Assembly: GCA_949290575.1 (NCBI GenBank)
Contig: CASESJ010000004.1
Location: forward strand, 48,981-112,980
Direction of reading: 5' to 3'
Length of the DNA: 64,000 nt
From: an uncultured Clostridia bacterium
Lineage (GTDB): Bacteria > Bacillota > Clostridia > Christensenellales > Borkfalkiaceae
The notes under the pieces are model-generated. The model saw nothing but the letters and a program-made list of their open reading frames with translations, was not told the DNA's origin and searched no databases. Shown piece by piece: positions 15,564-29,922 of the stretch; positions within the stretch are counted from its first letter, which is position 1, and every line of letters starts with the position of its first letter. Position numbers and translations under genes: made by a program.

Positions 15564-16616
15564 TTATCTGTCCTTATCGTCGCTCTCGCCGAGGAACTGC
15601 TTGACGATTGACGCGCCTATCTTTTTGCCTATGCGCACCTTGAAAGGCTCTTTTTTGGGCTTGGAATAGACCTCGATACTGCCCGTAAGGCGCATATCCC
15701 TGCAGGGGCTTTCGGCGACGTATTTGCATTCCACAGCATAATCGAATACGTTTTTCAGAATACCCTCAACCATAGCTCTGTCCGACTGAGGCGCGTTGTC
15801 TATGGCGGCGAAGATGTGACTTACGCCTATCGCGCCTATCTTGCGGTTGCCGAGCGCGGGGATTATGTAATCGTCAATGCACCTGCCGATATCTTCGAGC
15901 TTGGATTTTTCCACCTTCTGCGTGGAGGCGAACGCGGGGCTTGAAGACGAAGCGTATTCGTACCATTCGAGAGCGACTGCGGAGAACTTGATATTAACCT
16001 TTGCGGGCGAAATCAGCCAGCGCGCCATTCCGCCGATGCCGCCGCACAGAATGGGCACGAGCGCGATTATTATGGAGATTATGGAAATTATCAGCGCGAC
16101 CGTCTTTACCGCCAGCCCCATGCTGTCGGCGGCGTTTTCCGAGAACGCCACAACGACTGCAAATATACTCATTATGAGCGAAGCCACGCGGACGAGGTAA
16201 CGGATAATTCTCAGTGCCTTATTGTTGCGACTGACCGTCTTTGTGGTAGAGCTTTTTCTCGTTACGATGGCACATATGCCGAGGGTAACCACAAAAACGC
16301 CGTATGCGCCGAGTATGCCGTACACGGCTATCTGCCAGCCCAGAGAGAGGGTTGAAGATATGCCCACATACAGCATAAGCGCGACATAAATCGCCGTGAA
16401 CACGAGGGAAAATACCAGCGAGACAAAGTTGAGCCTTCTGGCTATGTGCGCACGGTTGGCATAGATTTTTTTGATGAGACAGCGCAAATCGTAGATGTCC
16501 TTTGCGAGGGTGAAAGTTTCCTCGCTCGAGATGGTGTGACGCACCTCGCGGACTTCCTGTTCCTCGACTTCGGCGTCGGCTGCCGCCGTCTCTTTTAAAT
16601 TTTTATCGTCTTTCAT
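15564..16616 (-). CDS. Hypothetical polytopic membrane protein with a soluble C-terminal domain
   Basis: About 4 TM helices in the centre, an acidic N-terminus, and a ~130-aa C-terminal domain of unknown function. Confidence 0.6.
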   Translation of the reverse strand: MKDDKNLKETAAADAEVEEQEVREVRHTISSEETFTLAKDIYDLRCLIKKIYANRAHIARRLNFVSLVFSLVFTAIYVALMLYVGISSTLSLGWQIAVYGILGAYGVFVVTLGICAIVTRKSSTTKTVSRNNKALRIIRYLVRVASLIMSIFAVVVAFSENAADSMGLAVKTVALIISIISIIIALVPILCGGIGGMARWLISPAKVNIKFSAVALEWYEYASSSSPAFASTQKVEKSKLEDIGRCIDDYIIPALGNRKIGAIGVSHIFAAIDNAPQSDRAMVEGILKNVFDYAVECKYVAESPCRDMRLTGSIEVYSKPKKEPFKVRIGKKIGASIVKQFLGESDDKDR

Positions 16617-16620
16617 AATC

Positions 16621-18501
16621 TTAACCTATGAGCTGCGCGTACTCTTCGTACAGCTCGTCTATTTTTTGTCTGAGCAGGGAAATTTTATTGAGTATCTCCC
16701 CCGCCTTTTTATAGTCTGAAGAATTTTCAGGCAGCGCGAGACTTGCATTGAGCTCCTGCTCCTCGTCCTCGAGCGAGCTTATCTCGCCCTCCAGCCGCTT
16801 TATGTTCTGCTTTCTCGCAACCTCCTCCGCCCTCTCCTTTTTAGAGCGGTAACCCGCCTTGCTCTCAGCCTCGGCAGCCCTCTGCGGCTGCGCCGCCTCC
16901 GCCTGCCTCTCGGCGCGGGAATTTATAAAGCTTGTATAATCACCCTCAAATATATTTAATCTGCCGTCTGCTATTTCAAACACTCTGTCGGCTATAGCCG
17001 ATATAAAATATCTGTCGTGCGATACGAATATAACCGTTCCGTCGAAATCTTTCAGAGCCTTTTCAAGGCTCTCCCTTGCAGGCAGGTCGAGGTGGTTTGT
17101 AGGCTCGTCCATCACAAGCACGTTGCCCTGCTCGTTCTCAAACACGCACAGCGCGAGCTTTGCCCTCTCGCCGCCCGAGAGCGAGCCCACCTTTTTATCC
17201 ATATCCTCGGGCACGAGCCCGCAACGCGCAAGCGAGGCGCGAACCTGCGTCTGTCCGTAGGCTACATGTCTGCCCCACAGCTCTTCAAGCACGGTGTTGT
17301 GAGGGTCGAGATTGAGGTTTTCCTGGTCGTACACGGCAAAACGCACGTGTCTGCCCTCCTCCACCTGTCCGCCTCCGCCCTCGACGAGCCGCTTTATAAG
17401 GGTAGATTTGCCCGCGCCGTTCTTGCCGACGATAGCGATCTTCTGTCCGCGAAGCACTTCGAACGAGGCGTCCTCAATCAGCGTCTTTCCGCCCGCACAG
17501 AGCTTTAAATTCCTGACGGTGAGCACCCTCTCGTATGGCGGACGGGTATAGCTAAAGGTGAACCTCGGCGGCGCGGGAGGAATGTACGGCGGGGATAAAA
17601 GCTCCATCTTTTCGAGCTGTTTTACCCTGCTCTGCGCAGATTTTGCCGTAGTGGCGCGCACTATGTTTCTGTCGACGTAATCCTGAAGTTTTGCTATCTC
17701 TTCGCGCTGTCTTTCGTATTCCTTGAGCGCGAGAGCGTTTCTCTCAGCCTTTAAAATTTTGTACTTGCTGTAATTTCCGGGGAAAGAAGAGAGCGTTTTG
17801 TTTTCGAGCTCGAGCGTGCGCGACGAAACTTTATCGAGAAAGTACCTGTCGTGCGACACGACGAATACCGCCCTCTTGAACTCCGAAAGATAGTCTTCGA
17901 GCCAATACATCGTCTCGACGTCGAGGTGGTTTGTCGGCTCGTCCAGAATGAGAAGGTCTGGCTGCTCCAGAAGTAGTTTTGCAAGCTTTAATCTCGTCTT
18001 TTCCCCGCCCGACATCGTGGAAATGACCCTGTCGTAAAAGGAGGAAAAGCCCATGCCGTTGAGAACGCGCCTCACCCTCACTTCCACGTTGTAGGCGTCG
18101 CGTGCCGCGACGAATTTTGAAAGGCTGTCCAGCTTTGCCGAGAGCACGCCGTATTCCCGACTGTCCGGAACGCAGCGCGACAGCTCGTCCGAAAGGCGCG
18201 AAAGCCTTTCAACTGCGTCCAGCTCGGCGGAAAATACGCTCATCATCTCGTCAAAGACGGTACTCTGACTTTCCAGTCCGCCGTTCTGCTCGAGCCAGCC
18301 TATGCGCGCGCCGTTCTTTACGGTAACGCTGCCAGCCTCGGGCACATATGTGCCCGTAATGAGCTTTATAAGCGTAGTCTTTCCCTCGCCGTTCGCACCG
18401 ATGAGAGCAATCTTTTCGCCCTCGTTTATGCTGAAGCTCACGCCCCCGAATATTAAATTGTCGCCGTAAGAAAAGGCTGTGTCGTTAAAGTTTACTAACA
18501 T
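16621..18501 (-). CDS. ABC-F family ATPase (translation-factor type, no membrane domain)
   Basis: Two cassettes: Walker A GANGEGKTT and GKNGAGKST, signatures LSGGEKTRL and LSGGERAKL. Charged coiled-coil C-terminus. Confidence 0.9.
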   Translation of the reverse strand: MLVNFNDTAFSYGDNLIFGGVSFSINEGEKIALIGANGEGKTTLIKLITGTYVPEAGSVTVKNGARIGWLEQNGGLESQSTVFDEMMSVFSAELDAVERLSRLSDELSRCVPDSREYGVLSAKLDSLSKFVAARDAYNVEVRVRRVLNGMGFSSFYDRVISTMSGGEKTRLKLAKLLLEQPDLLILDEPTNHLDVETMYWLEDYLSEFKRAVFVVSHDRYFLDKVSSRTLELENKTLSSFPGNYSKYKILKAERNALALKEYERQREEIAKLQDYVDRNIVRATTAKSAQSRVKQLEKMELLSPPYIPPAPPRFTFSYTRPPYERVLTVRNLKLCAGGKTLIEDASFEVLRGQKIAIVGKNGAGKSTLIKRLVEGGGGQVEEGRHVRFAVYDQENLNLDPHNTVLEELWGRHVAYGQTQVRASLARCGLVPEDMDKKVGSLSGGERAKLALCVFENEQGNVLVMDEPTNHLDLPARESLEKALKDFDGTVIFVSHDRYFISAIADRVFEIADGRLNIFEGDYTSFINSRAERQAEAAQPQRAAEAESKAGYRSKKERAEEVARKQNIKRLEGEISSLEDEEQELNASLALPENSSDYKKAGEILNKISLLRQKIDELYEEYAQLIG

Positions 18502-18507
18502 TTATAA

Positions 18508-19359
18508 TCAGAAGTCCCAATCGGGTATGAACTGTTCGTCCGCGCTTGCCGCGTCCTGCAGATAGACCCTTTCAAGTCCGTATTCTTCGACCGCGGCGAG
18601 CACCTTTTTATACTCCCTCTGAGTGATTTTTCGCTGCAGTTCGGGAAATTTTTCAATCTCGCCGAAGGGCGTATACTGGCTCATCAGACTGAAACAGACG
18701 TCCTTGCCCAGCCCGGAGACGAACTTTACCGCCTCTATGCTGTCGTATGAAGCGAGGGGCAGAATTAAGTGCCTTATTATGCAGCCGGACAGCATCTTGC
18801 CGTCCTCGCGCATTACAAGCGGCTTTTTTGCCATAAAGCGTATTGCGGGCAGAGCGAACTCGGCATAATTTTTCTTGCCCGTGTACCTCTGCGAGAGAGC
18901 GGGGTCAATGAACTTCAGGTCGGGCAGATAGATATCCGTGAACGTATCGGCAATTTCCAGAGCGGAAAGTTTTTCGTAGCCGTGAGTGTTGTACACTACG
19001 GGGATTGACGGACGGTAAATATCAAACGCGCGCGCAATGTGTTCTACATAGTGCGTGGGGTTCACGAGGTTTATGTTGTCCGCCCCCTGCTCTTCGAGCT
19101 GACGGAAGATATCCGCAAGCTCCTGCACGGAGATATCCTTGCCGCGGCGCACGCGCGAGAGGTCGTAGTTCTGACAGAACACGCACTTTAAAGAGCAGCC
19201 GCAGAAGAACACGCAGCCGCTGCCCTTTGAAAAGGATATGGGCGGTTCTTCGAAGGGATGAAGATAATATTTTGCTATTTTTATACCGCTAACGCCGCAA
19301 TAGCCGACAGATACATTTCTGTCCGCGCCGCAGCTTACGGGGCAGAGCGAGCAATTCAT
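18508..19359 (-). CDS. Radical SAM protein (PflA-like activase family)
   Basis: CSLKCVFCQNY CxxxCxxC cluster motif. The start is set to MNCSLCP because the longer ORF runs into the metK promoter. Confidence 0.75.
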   Translation of the reverse strand: MNCSLCPVSCGADRNVSVGYCGVSGIKIAKYYLHPFEEPPISFSKGSGCVFFCGCSLKCVFCQNYDLSRVRRGKDISVQELADIFRQLEEQGADNINLVNPTHYVEHIARAFDIYRPSIPVVYNTHGYEKLSALEIADTFTDIYLPDLKFIDPALSQRYTGKKNYAEFALPAIRFMAKKPLVMREDGKMLSGCIIRHLILPLASYDSIEAVKFVSGLGKDVCFSLMSQYTPFGEIEKFPELQRKITQREYKKVLAAVEEYGLERVYLQDAASADEQFIPDWDF

Positions 19360-19403
19360 GGTTACATTATAAAATAAAACGGGGCGAAATGCAAATAAAA
19401 TAT

Positions 19404-19432
19404 TTGACAAAGCATTTCCATACAGCTATAAT
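19404..19432 (+). promoter_or_regulatory. Consensus promoter for the SAM riboswitch-metK unit
   Basis: TTGACA 19404-19409, 17-nt spacer, TATAAT 19427-19432. Confidence 0.65.
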
Positions 19433-19440
19433 GTACTAGC

Positions 19441-19568
19441 AAACATCAAGAGTGTGCGAGGGACCGGCCCGTTGACCACACAGCAACCTGCTTTAGGCAA
19501 GGTGCTAATGCCGTACCGATGGGAACATTAAAACAATACACCCGTTCGGTAACCCGAGCGGGTTTTTC
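19441..19568 (+). promoter_or_regulatory. SAM-I (S-box) riboswitch with intrinsic terminator expression platform
   Basis: ATCAAGAG..GCGAGGGACCGGCCCGTTGA..CAGCAACC..AAGGTGCTAATGCC..GATG matches the S-box core. Terminator is ACCCGTTCGG-taac-CCGAGCGGGT plus TTTTT (19540-19568). Confidence 0.9.
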
Positions 19569-19596
19569 ATTTATACAAGAAAAAAGGAAGGACACA

Positions 19597-20766
19597 ATGA
19601 AGAAATTTTTTACGAGCGAAAGCGTAACGGAAGGACATCCCGATAAGCTCTGCGACGGAATTGCAGACGCGATACTCGACGAAATACTTGCTAAGGACCC
19701 CGCAGCGCGCTGTGCGATTGAGTGCTGCGCCGCATACGACAGACTGCTGATTATGGGCGAAGTTACAACCACTGCAGAGGTCGACTATGAAAAGACAGCG
19801 CGCGAAAAGATAAAAAACACGGGCTATACATTCGGCAATTTTTGTTATGACAAATGCAGAATAGACGTAGCCGTTCACGGACAGAGCGCGGATATCGCGC
19901 TCGGCGTGGACAAGTCGCTCGAGGCAAAGGGCGGCTCTTGCGAGGACGAGGCAGAAATAGGCGCGGGCGACCAGGGAATGATGTTCGGCTATGCCTGCCG
20001 CGAAACGGAGGAGCTCATGCCCCTGCCCATATCGCTTGCGCACAGGCTTTCGGCAAGGCTTACAGAGGTAAGAAAGAACGGAACTCTCCCCTACCTCCGT
20101 CCCGACGGCAAGACGCAGGTGACGGTGGAATACGACGGCGACAAGCCCGTGAGAGTTGAGACGGTGGTAGTTTCAGCTCAGCACGACGAAAAGGTGAGCG
20201 CGGACAAGCTCAGAGCCGACATATTGCAGCATGTAGTAAAGGAAATTATCCCCTCTTCCCTGCTCGACAGCGATACAAAGTATTTCGTCAACCCCACGGG
20301 CAGGTTCGAGATAGGCGGTCCCGAGGGCGACAGCGGACTGACGGGCAGAAAGATAATTGTCGATACCTACGGCGGAAAATGCGCGCACGGCGGCGGAGCT
20401 TTTTCGGGCAAGGACGCCACAAAAGTTGACCGTTCGGCGGCATATATGTCGAGGTATATCTGCAAAAACCTCGTCGCGGCGGGACTGTGCGACAGAGTGG
20501 AACTTCAGGTCGCTTACGCGATAGGCGTCAGCCGTCCCGTATCGGTGTTTGTCAATACTTTCGGCACGGGAAAGCTGCCCGACGATAAAATCTGCGACAT
20601 AGTGACAGAGACTTTCGACCTCCGCCCCTACGCCATAATAAAGACGCTCGGTCTGCGCGCGCCCATCTATTCGGCGACTTCGGCATACGGTCATTTCGGA
20701 AAGGCGGGTCTGCCGTGGGAAAAGTGCGACAGAGCCGACGAGCTTAAAAAATACCTCGGCAAATGA
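19597..20766 (+). CDS. metK: S-adenosylmethionine synthase
   Basis: [20 protein letters not shown]..., [21 protein letters not shown]. The start is placed after the riboswitch, with an AAGGAAGG RBS. Confidence 0.95.
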   Translation: MKKFFTSESVTEGHPDKLCDGIADAILDEILAKDPAARCAIECCAAYDRLLIMGEVTTTAEVDYEKTAREKIKNTGYTFGNFCYDKCRIDVAVHGQSADIALGVDKSLEAKGGSCEDEAEIGAGDQGMMFGYACRETEELMPLPISLAHRLSARLTEVRKNGTLPYLRPDGKTQVTVEYDGDKPVRVETVVVSAQHDEKVSADKLRADILQHVVKEIIPSSLLDSDTKYFVNPTGRFEIGGPEGDSGLTGRKIIVDTYGGKCAHGGGAFSGKDATKVDRSAAYMSRYICKNLVAAGLCDRVELQVAYAIGVSRPVSVFVNTFGTGKLPDDKICDIVTETFDLRPYAIIKTLGLRAPIYSATSAYGHFGKAGLPWEKCDRADELKKYLGK

Positions 20767-21470
20767 TGAGGCTTGCAAAAGAGGTGCTTGAAACGCTCTT
20801 TCCGCAAAACCTCACCTGCGAGCTGTGCGGAAAGGAAGTTTTCAAGGGCGAAAAACTGTGTCAGGACTGCGTCAGGCGCGTGACTTTCAACGACAAAAAC
20901 ACCTGCTCTGTGTGCGGCAGAATGACGCAGACGGACGGCGTCTGTCTGGAATGTAAAAAGTATGCGCCCGCATACGACAGGGCGGTATCTGCGATAGTCT
21001 ACGACGACGGCGGACTGCAACTCATATTAAAATTCAAAAACGGCGGCGCGTACCTTAAAGAATACTTTGCCGACCTCCTCGCGGAAAAATGCGCATGCCT
21101 CGGCGCGGATATGATATGTTACATACCGATGACGGCAAGAGCCGTGCGCGCGAGGGGATATAATCAGGCTGAACTTCTGGCAAGAGCCCTTGCCGAACGG
21201 CTGAACCTGCCCGTGCTCGGACAGGCACTTAAAAAGACGCGCGAAACCGAGGAACAGAAATCGCTCACCCGCGCGGAGCGGCACAACAACCTGAAGGGCT
21301 GCTTCTCCGCCGACAGAAATACAGTGAGCGGCAGAAAAGTTCTGTTAGTCGACGACGTGATGACTACGGGCGCAACCCTGGAAGAGGCGAGCGTCCGTCT
21401 AAAAAAGAAGGGCGCGAAAGCCGTCTTTGCCGCAACCGCAGCCTCGGTTAAATTCAAGGGCGATATTTAA
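20763..21470 (+). CDS. comFC: ComF-family protein (ComFC-like phosphoribosyltransferase)
   Basis: N-terminal CxxC pairs (CELCG, CQDC, CSVCG, CLEC) and the PRTase motif [14 protein letters not shown]. Confidence 0.85.
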   Translation: MMRLAKEVLETLFPQNLTCELCGKEVFKGEKLCQDCVRRVTFNDKNTCSVCGRMTQTDGVCLECKKYAPAYDRAVSAIVYDDGGLQLILKFKNGGAYLKEYFADLLAEKCACLGADMICYIPMTARAVRARGYNQAELLARALAERLNLPVLGQALKKTRETEEQKSLTRAERHNNLKGCFSADRNTVSGRKVLLVDDVMTTGATLEEASVRLKKKGAKAVFAATAASVKFKGDI

Positions 21471-21562
21471 AAAATTCAATCAGAACGTCTTACTTGACTT
21501 CGCACATAAACGCCGCAAAAATCTGAGATGTGCAGATATATGCGTTATGCAGGTTAAAATAC

Positions 21563-21600
21563 AGGCGCGGGACGACTTTTCGTCGTCCCGCGCCTTTTTA
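21563..21600 (+). terminator. Strong intrinsic terminator
   Basis: AGGCGCGGGACGAC/GTCGTCCCGCGCCT 14-bp stem followed by TTTTTA. Confidence 0.8.
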
Positions 21601-21686
21601 TCAGTATTACGTCTTTCAGATATCATATGCGCGCTTATGCCGCCAGCATACCGTTAAATGAGTACCAAGACGGCGCAATCGGCGTT

Positions 21687-22250
21687 TTAAATATATTTTA
21701 TAATCTTTGCGGGCACGCCGCCGACCACCGCGCGGGCGGGCACGTCCTTGTTTACGAGCGCGCCTGCGGCGATTACCGCGCCGTCGCCCACCGTAACGCC
21801 GGAGAGTATGGTCGCATGCGCGCCCACCCAGACGTCCTTGCCGAGTTTTATGGGAGCAAAGGTCATATCTCCCCTCTTTTCGGGGTCAAGGTCGTGATTG
21901 ATTGTAGCAAATACAACCTGATGACCTATGAGACAGCCATCGCCTATTTCAATTCCGCCCTGGTCCTGAAAGCAGCAACCGCTGTTTATAAACACATTTC
22001 TGCCTGCAACTATATTCAGCCCGAAGTCGCTGTAAAGGGGAGGAAAAATTCTCAGTCCCTCGGGCGCAGGTCTGCCCGTAAGACGCGAAAAGAGGGTGCG
22101 CAACTCTTCATCCGTGCGGAAACCGCTGTTCATTTCTGCAGTAACCCGCCTTGCATTCTCTGCGGCAACGTGCATAAAAGAGTGCACTGCGCTGCCCGCA
22201 GACACTTTGCCCTCCGCTCTTATAATCCCGTTGAATTGTCTTATGTCCAT
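21687..22250 (-). CDS. Sugar O-acetyltransferase (Maa/LacA-like, left-handed beta-helix)
   Basis: Hexapeptide repeats ([38 protein letters not shown]) and a Mac-type N-terminus. Confidence 0.85.
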   Translation of the reverse strand: MDIRQFNGIIRAEGKVSAGSAVHSFMHVAAENARRVTAEMNSGFRTDEELRTLFSRLTGRPAPEGLRIFPPLYSDFGLNIVAGRNVFINSGCCFQDQGGIEIGDGCLIGHQVVFATINHDLDPEKRGDMTFAPIKLGKDVWVGAHATILSGVTVGDGAVIAAGALVNKDVPARAVVGGVPAKIIKYI

Positions 22251-22299
22251 AATCTGACCTTATATGCGGCTGCCCCTGCGCTGAAAAGCGCGAAGGCTG

Positions 22300-26576
<4,277 letters not shown>

Positions 26577-26661
26577 AGCCTTGTCTTTGAGTAAAAGAAA
26601 AAATTCTGCAAATTGCAGGTACTTAATTATTATACCACACGCGCGCGCGTTTGACAAACGC

Positions 26662-27039
26662 TTAAATGTTCATTTCCTTTTCGCGGCGGTACTTTTCGAG
26701 GGCGGCGAGATACTTTTCGGAGAGCTTTAAAGTATACCTCTGCCTCTCCTCGTAGGAGAGCTTTTCATAGTACTCCCTGTCGGTCAGTCTGCCTATGGCG
26801 TCGGACACTTCGCCGTACGTATCCAAAAGCTCCTTGACCCTGAGGTAGAACTCGTCAGGCTTTTCGCCCTTTATGCTGCTTTTGACCTTGCCGTATATAG
26901 TTGATTTTACTTTGCTTTCGTTCAGACCCTTCTGCCTTGCCGCGATTGCGCCGCTGTCGACGTCGTCCTTGCATTTCTGCCAGAAGTCGCTCTTGAGCCG
27001 CCTCTTCGCGTTGCGCGCCGCACTCTTCAAATCTTCCAT
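26662..27039 (-). CDS. Hypothetical charged helical protein (125 aa)
   Basis: ORF sitting tightly between pcrA and rpsU. No motif recognised. Confidence 0.5.
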   Translation of the reverse strand: MEDLKSAARNAKRRLKSDFWQKCKDDVDSGAIAARQKGLNESKVKSTIYGKVKSSIKGEKPDEFYLRVKELLDTYGEVSDAIGRLTDREYYEKLSYEERQRYTLKLSEKYLAALEKYRREKEMNI

Positions 27040-27113
27040 AATTCACCCGTTTTCGACTTATTTTATAAAGAAAAAACTCTACCGAACGTCGCCGTTTGGT
27101 AGAGTTTGATAAC

Positions 27114-27290
27114 TTAGTTTCTGCTGCGCTTTCTTGCCGCTTCAGACTTCTTGCGTCTCTTTACGGAAGGAGATTCGTAAAACTCTTTCTTTCTGAGGTC
27201 GCCTATGATGCCGTCGCGCGAGCACTTTCTCTTAAATCTTCTGAGCGCGCTTTCAACCGACTCGTTTTCACCGACTTTAATCGTGGACAT
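27114..27290 (-). CDS. rpsU: 30S ribosomal protein S21 (58 aa; below the ORF-track cutoff)
   Basis: My own translation: [67 protein letters not shown] upstream. Confidence 0.9.
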   Translation of the reverse strand: MSTIKVGENESVESALRRFKRKCSRDGIIGDLRKKEFYESPSVKRRKKSEAARKRSRN

Positions 27291-27483
27291 GTTCTTCTAC
27301 CCTCCTTCGCCTGCGCAGTTATTTTTGAAATGCTCAATCATTATACCAAAGCCCCGAGGAATAAGTCAACTCAAATGACCCGCCTGCCTTAAAAAAATTT
27401 TGTCTTTTCCGCCGCCTCGCCGCGACACATAAAATCAGGCAGACGTCGGGCTTTTCCACTCTTGAAAAAAGTTTGAATGCAAT

Positions 27484-27519
27484 TAAAAAGCCCGCCCCGC
27501 GGCTCGCCGCGGGGCGGGC
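27484..27519 (-). terminator. Intrinsic terminator
   Basis: GCCCGCCCCGCGG/CCGCGGGGCGGGC 13-bp stem followed by T5 on the minus strand. Confidence 0.75.
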
Positions 27520-27534
27520 GGAAAATCCACAAAA

Positions 27535-28410
27535 TCAGACCATTCCGCAGGCGACCATCACGCCGTTTACGGCTATGCCCACCACTACGGACACGGCATA
27601 GAGCGTTATTACAAGCAGGATGTTGCGCTTGATTTTTTTGGTGTTCCTTAAGAGTATCACAAAGCCCAGCCCGGCGTTGCAGCACAGTCCCGCCGTCATG
27701 CTGCCGAACATTATGCCGCCGGCGACGTAAGTCTGGGTTATGATTGTGCTCGAGGCGCAGTTGGGAATGAGCCCTACAGCCGAAGTTATGAGGGGCTGAA
27801 GATACGGACCGCCGATAAGGCTTGCCGATATCGCGTCCTCGCCGACGGCGTCGACAATGAAGCCGAAGACGAGGTTGACTATGAGAATATAGAGCGCGAT
27901 TTTGAGCGAATGAATGAGCGGCTCGACGAGGTAAACTTTGACCGCCGTCTTGCCCTCGTGCTCTCTGCCGCAGGAGTAACCGTGAATTTCCTCGTGGTCC
28001 TCCTCGCTTATTTCAGCGAGTTTTTCGCCCGAGAGCAGAAAATTGACGAGGTATCCGACGGCGAGCCCGACGACTATCTTTATTGCAATGAGAGGCATGA
28101 CCGCCGCGGCGGAAGCCCCGCTCGAGATTAAAATGATTAACGCCTCGTCGCTGGTGGCAAGAAATACCGCCAATAGCGTGCCCGTGCGGATAAAGCTCTT
28201 GTCGTACAGCTTTGCCGCCATTACCGAAAAGCCGCACTGGGGAATTATGCCCGTGACCGTTCCGATGAGGGGCGCAAGCTTGCCCTGCAACAGTTTATGA
28301 TTTTTCGTAAACGACGTGCGGTGTTCGAGAAGTTCGATAAGTATATAAATTATAAGTATGAACGGGAACACCTTCAGCGTGTCCAGCAGGGCGTCTAAAA
28401 CAACTTCCAT
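27535..28410 (-). CDS. Polytopic membrane protein, putative 10-TM metal-exporter-like family
   Basis: N-terminus MEVVLDALLDTLKVFPFILIIYILIELLEH and about 10 TM helices. The family assignment is from memory only. Confidence 0.5.
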   Translation of the reverse strand: MEVVLDALLDTLKVFPFILIIYILIELLEHRTSFTKNHKLLQGKLAPLIGTVTGIIPQCGFSVMAAKLYDKSFIRTGTLLAVFLATSDEALIILISSGASAAAVMPLIAIKIVVGLAVGYLVNFLLSGEKLAEISEEDHEEIHGYSCGREHEGKTAVKVYLVEPLIHSLKIALYILIVNLVFGFIVDAVGEDAISASLIGGPYLQPLITSAVGLIPNCASSTIITQTYVAGGIMFGSMTAGLCCNAGLGFVILLRNTKKIKRNILLVITLYAVSVVVGIAVNGVMVACGMV

Positions 28411-28566
28411 AAAATAACTTTCTTTCCTTTGGCGGCATTGACTGCAATACAGAAATATTATAGTCATTCCCGCACCTTTTTAAACGCAAACGCCCCCTCA
28501 CTTTAATCGGGAGCGTCTGAAAATTCACATTTTAAACCGCAACTTTGTGCGGCGGCATTGTATATC

Positions 28567-29787
28567 TTATCTCTTTTTCTTTGAAGGAGGAGCTACGGGT
28601 TTGAGGTCGGCTTTGAGCTTTTCTTCGTCTGCGTAAGCCATTGCCGAAGCGTCCGCGTCGGCATAGCCCGTATTTTTATACCCCTCGTCCCTGCTGAGAA
28701 CGGTAAGTCTCGTCTCCGCGTCGAAGAGGTACATATGTCCGAGGTCTGGTGCAAGCTTTACCTTGTCGCCCTTAGAGACGTCTTCGCCGCAGACTGCAAG
28801 AAGGGACACGCCTGGAATGACTTCACAGTCGGCATACCTGCCGTCCCCCTCCTTCTCGACAGCCGAAACCGTGCCGTCGAGGTCGCCTTCGCCGCACTTT
28901 ATATCCTCGGGACGGATACCGCATATAATCTTCTTGCCCGTGCCGATGTATTCTTCCGCGCCGACAATGCGCGAAACTATCTCTTCGGGTACAGGGAGAC
29001 AGATGTCCTTGTAGACAACGCAAACGACCTCTTCGCGGCGTTCGAGCGTCGCACCGTTGATAAAGTTAATCGTGGGCGAACCGATACAGAACGCGACGTA
29101 TGCGTTTGCGGGGTAATCGTAGAGATTTGCAGGGGTGTCAATCTGCTGAACGACGCCCTCGCGCAGCACGACGACGCGCGTCGCCATGGTGAGAGCCTCG
29201 TTGACGTTCTTGGTCGCATAGATGAAAGTGCCCTGCATGCGCGCCTGAAGATTGATTATGACGTTGCGTATACGCGTCCTGAGTTGTACGTCAAGTCCCG
29301 CGATGGGGTCGTCGAAGAGATAGAGTTTGGGCTCTCTGACAATCGCCCTGCCGAGAGCAACCCTCTGACGCTGCTCTGCGGTGAGCTGCTTGGGCTTGCG
29401 GGTGAGAACGTCCGAAAGTCCGAGAATTTCCGCTACGACTTTGACCCTCTGCTCTATTACGGCATGAGGAGCTTTGCGCAGTTTCAGACCGAACGCCAGA
29501 TTTTCGAACACGTTTATCGTGGGGTAGAGCGTATCGTTGCGGAATATCATGGCGACGTCCCTGTCCTTGGGCGGAACGGAGGAGACCTCCTTGTCGCCTA
29601 TATAAATTTCTCCCGCGGTGGGCTCTTCAAGACCCGCTATCACGCGGAGAAGGGTAGATTTGCCGCTCTTTTCCGCGCCCACGACTGCAATGAATTCTCT
29701 GTCTGAAAATTCGAGATTGACGTTGCACAGAGCCAGCGTTCCCGACGGGAAAAGTTTGTTTACACCCTTGAGTTTAAGACTTGCCAT
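28567..29787 (-). CDS. MalK/MsmX-like ABC ATPase paralogue with degenerate catalytic motifs
   Basis: Collinear with MalK including the C-terminal regulatory domain. However: Q-loop IFRND, signature LTAEQ, Walker B LFDDP, H-loop ATKN. Confidence 0.8.
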   Translation of the reverse strand: MASLKLKGVNKLFPSGTLALCNVNLEFSDREFIAVVGAEKSGKSTLLRVIAGLEEPTAGEIYIGDKEVSSVPPKDRDVAMIFRNDTLYPTINVFENLAFGLKLRKAPHAVIEQRVKVVAEILGLSDVLTRKPKQLTAEQRQRVALGRAIVREPKLYLFDDPIAGLDVQLRTRIRNVIINLQARMQGTFIYATKNVNEALTMATRVVVLREGVVQQIDTPANLYDYPANAYVAFCIGSPTINFINGATLERREEVVCVVYKDICLPVPEEIVSRIVGAEEYIGTGKKIICGIRPEDIKCGEGDLDGTVSAVEKEGDGRYADCEVIPGVSLLAVCGEDVSKGDKVKLAPDLGHMYLFDAETRLTVLSRDEGYKNTGYADADASAMAYADEEKLKADLKPVAPPSKKKR

Positions 29788-29922
29788 AATAATTCCTCTT
29801 TAAGGTTTTATATTACAATGATAACATATTCACTTGATTTTTACAAAGGGCTTTGGGGCAGTTTTTTTAATTTTTTATTTTTTTCTTGAAATATCGGTCA
29901 GAAAGTGGTAAATTTATAGTGT

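Noticed and set aside
15564-16616. The C-terminal soluble domain of the membrane protein vaguely recalls an integrase SAM-like/core-binding N-domain pattern
   Set aside because: This is only a loose spacing of hydrophobic residues with no catalytic domain. It cannot be supported without a profile search.
19446-19772. 108-aa minus-strand ORF and the N-terminal extension (19519-19596) of the metK ORF
   Set aside because: Both overlap the SAM-I riboswitch and its terminator. The true metK start is ATG 19597, which has its own RBS.
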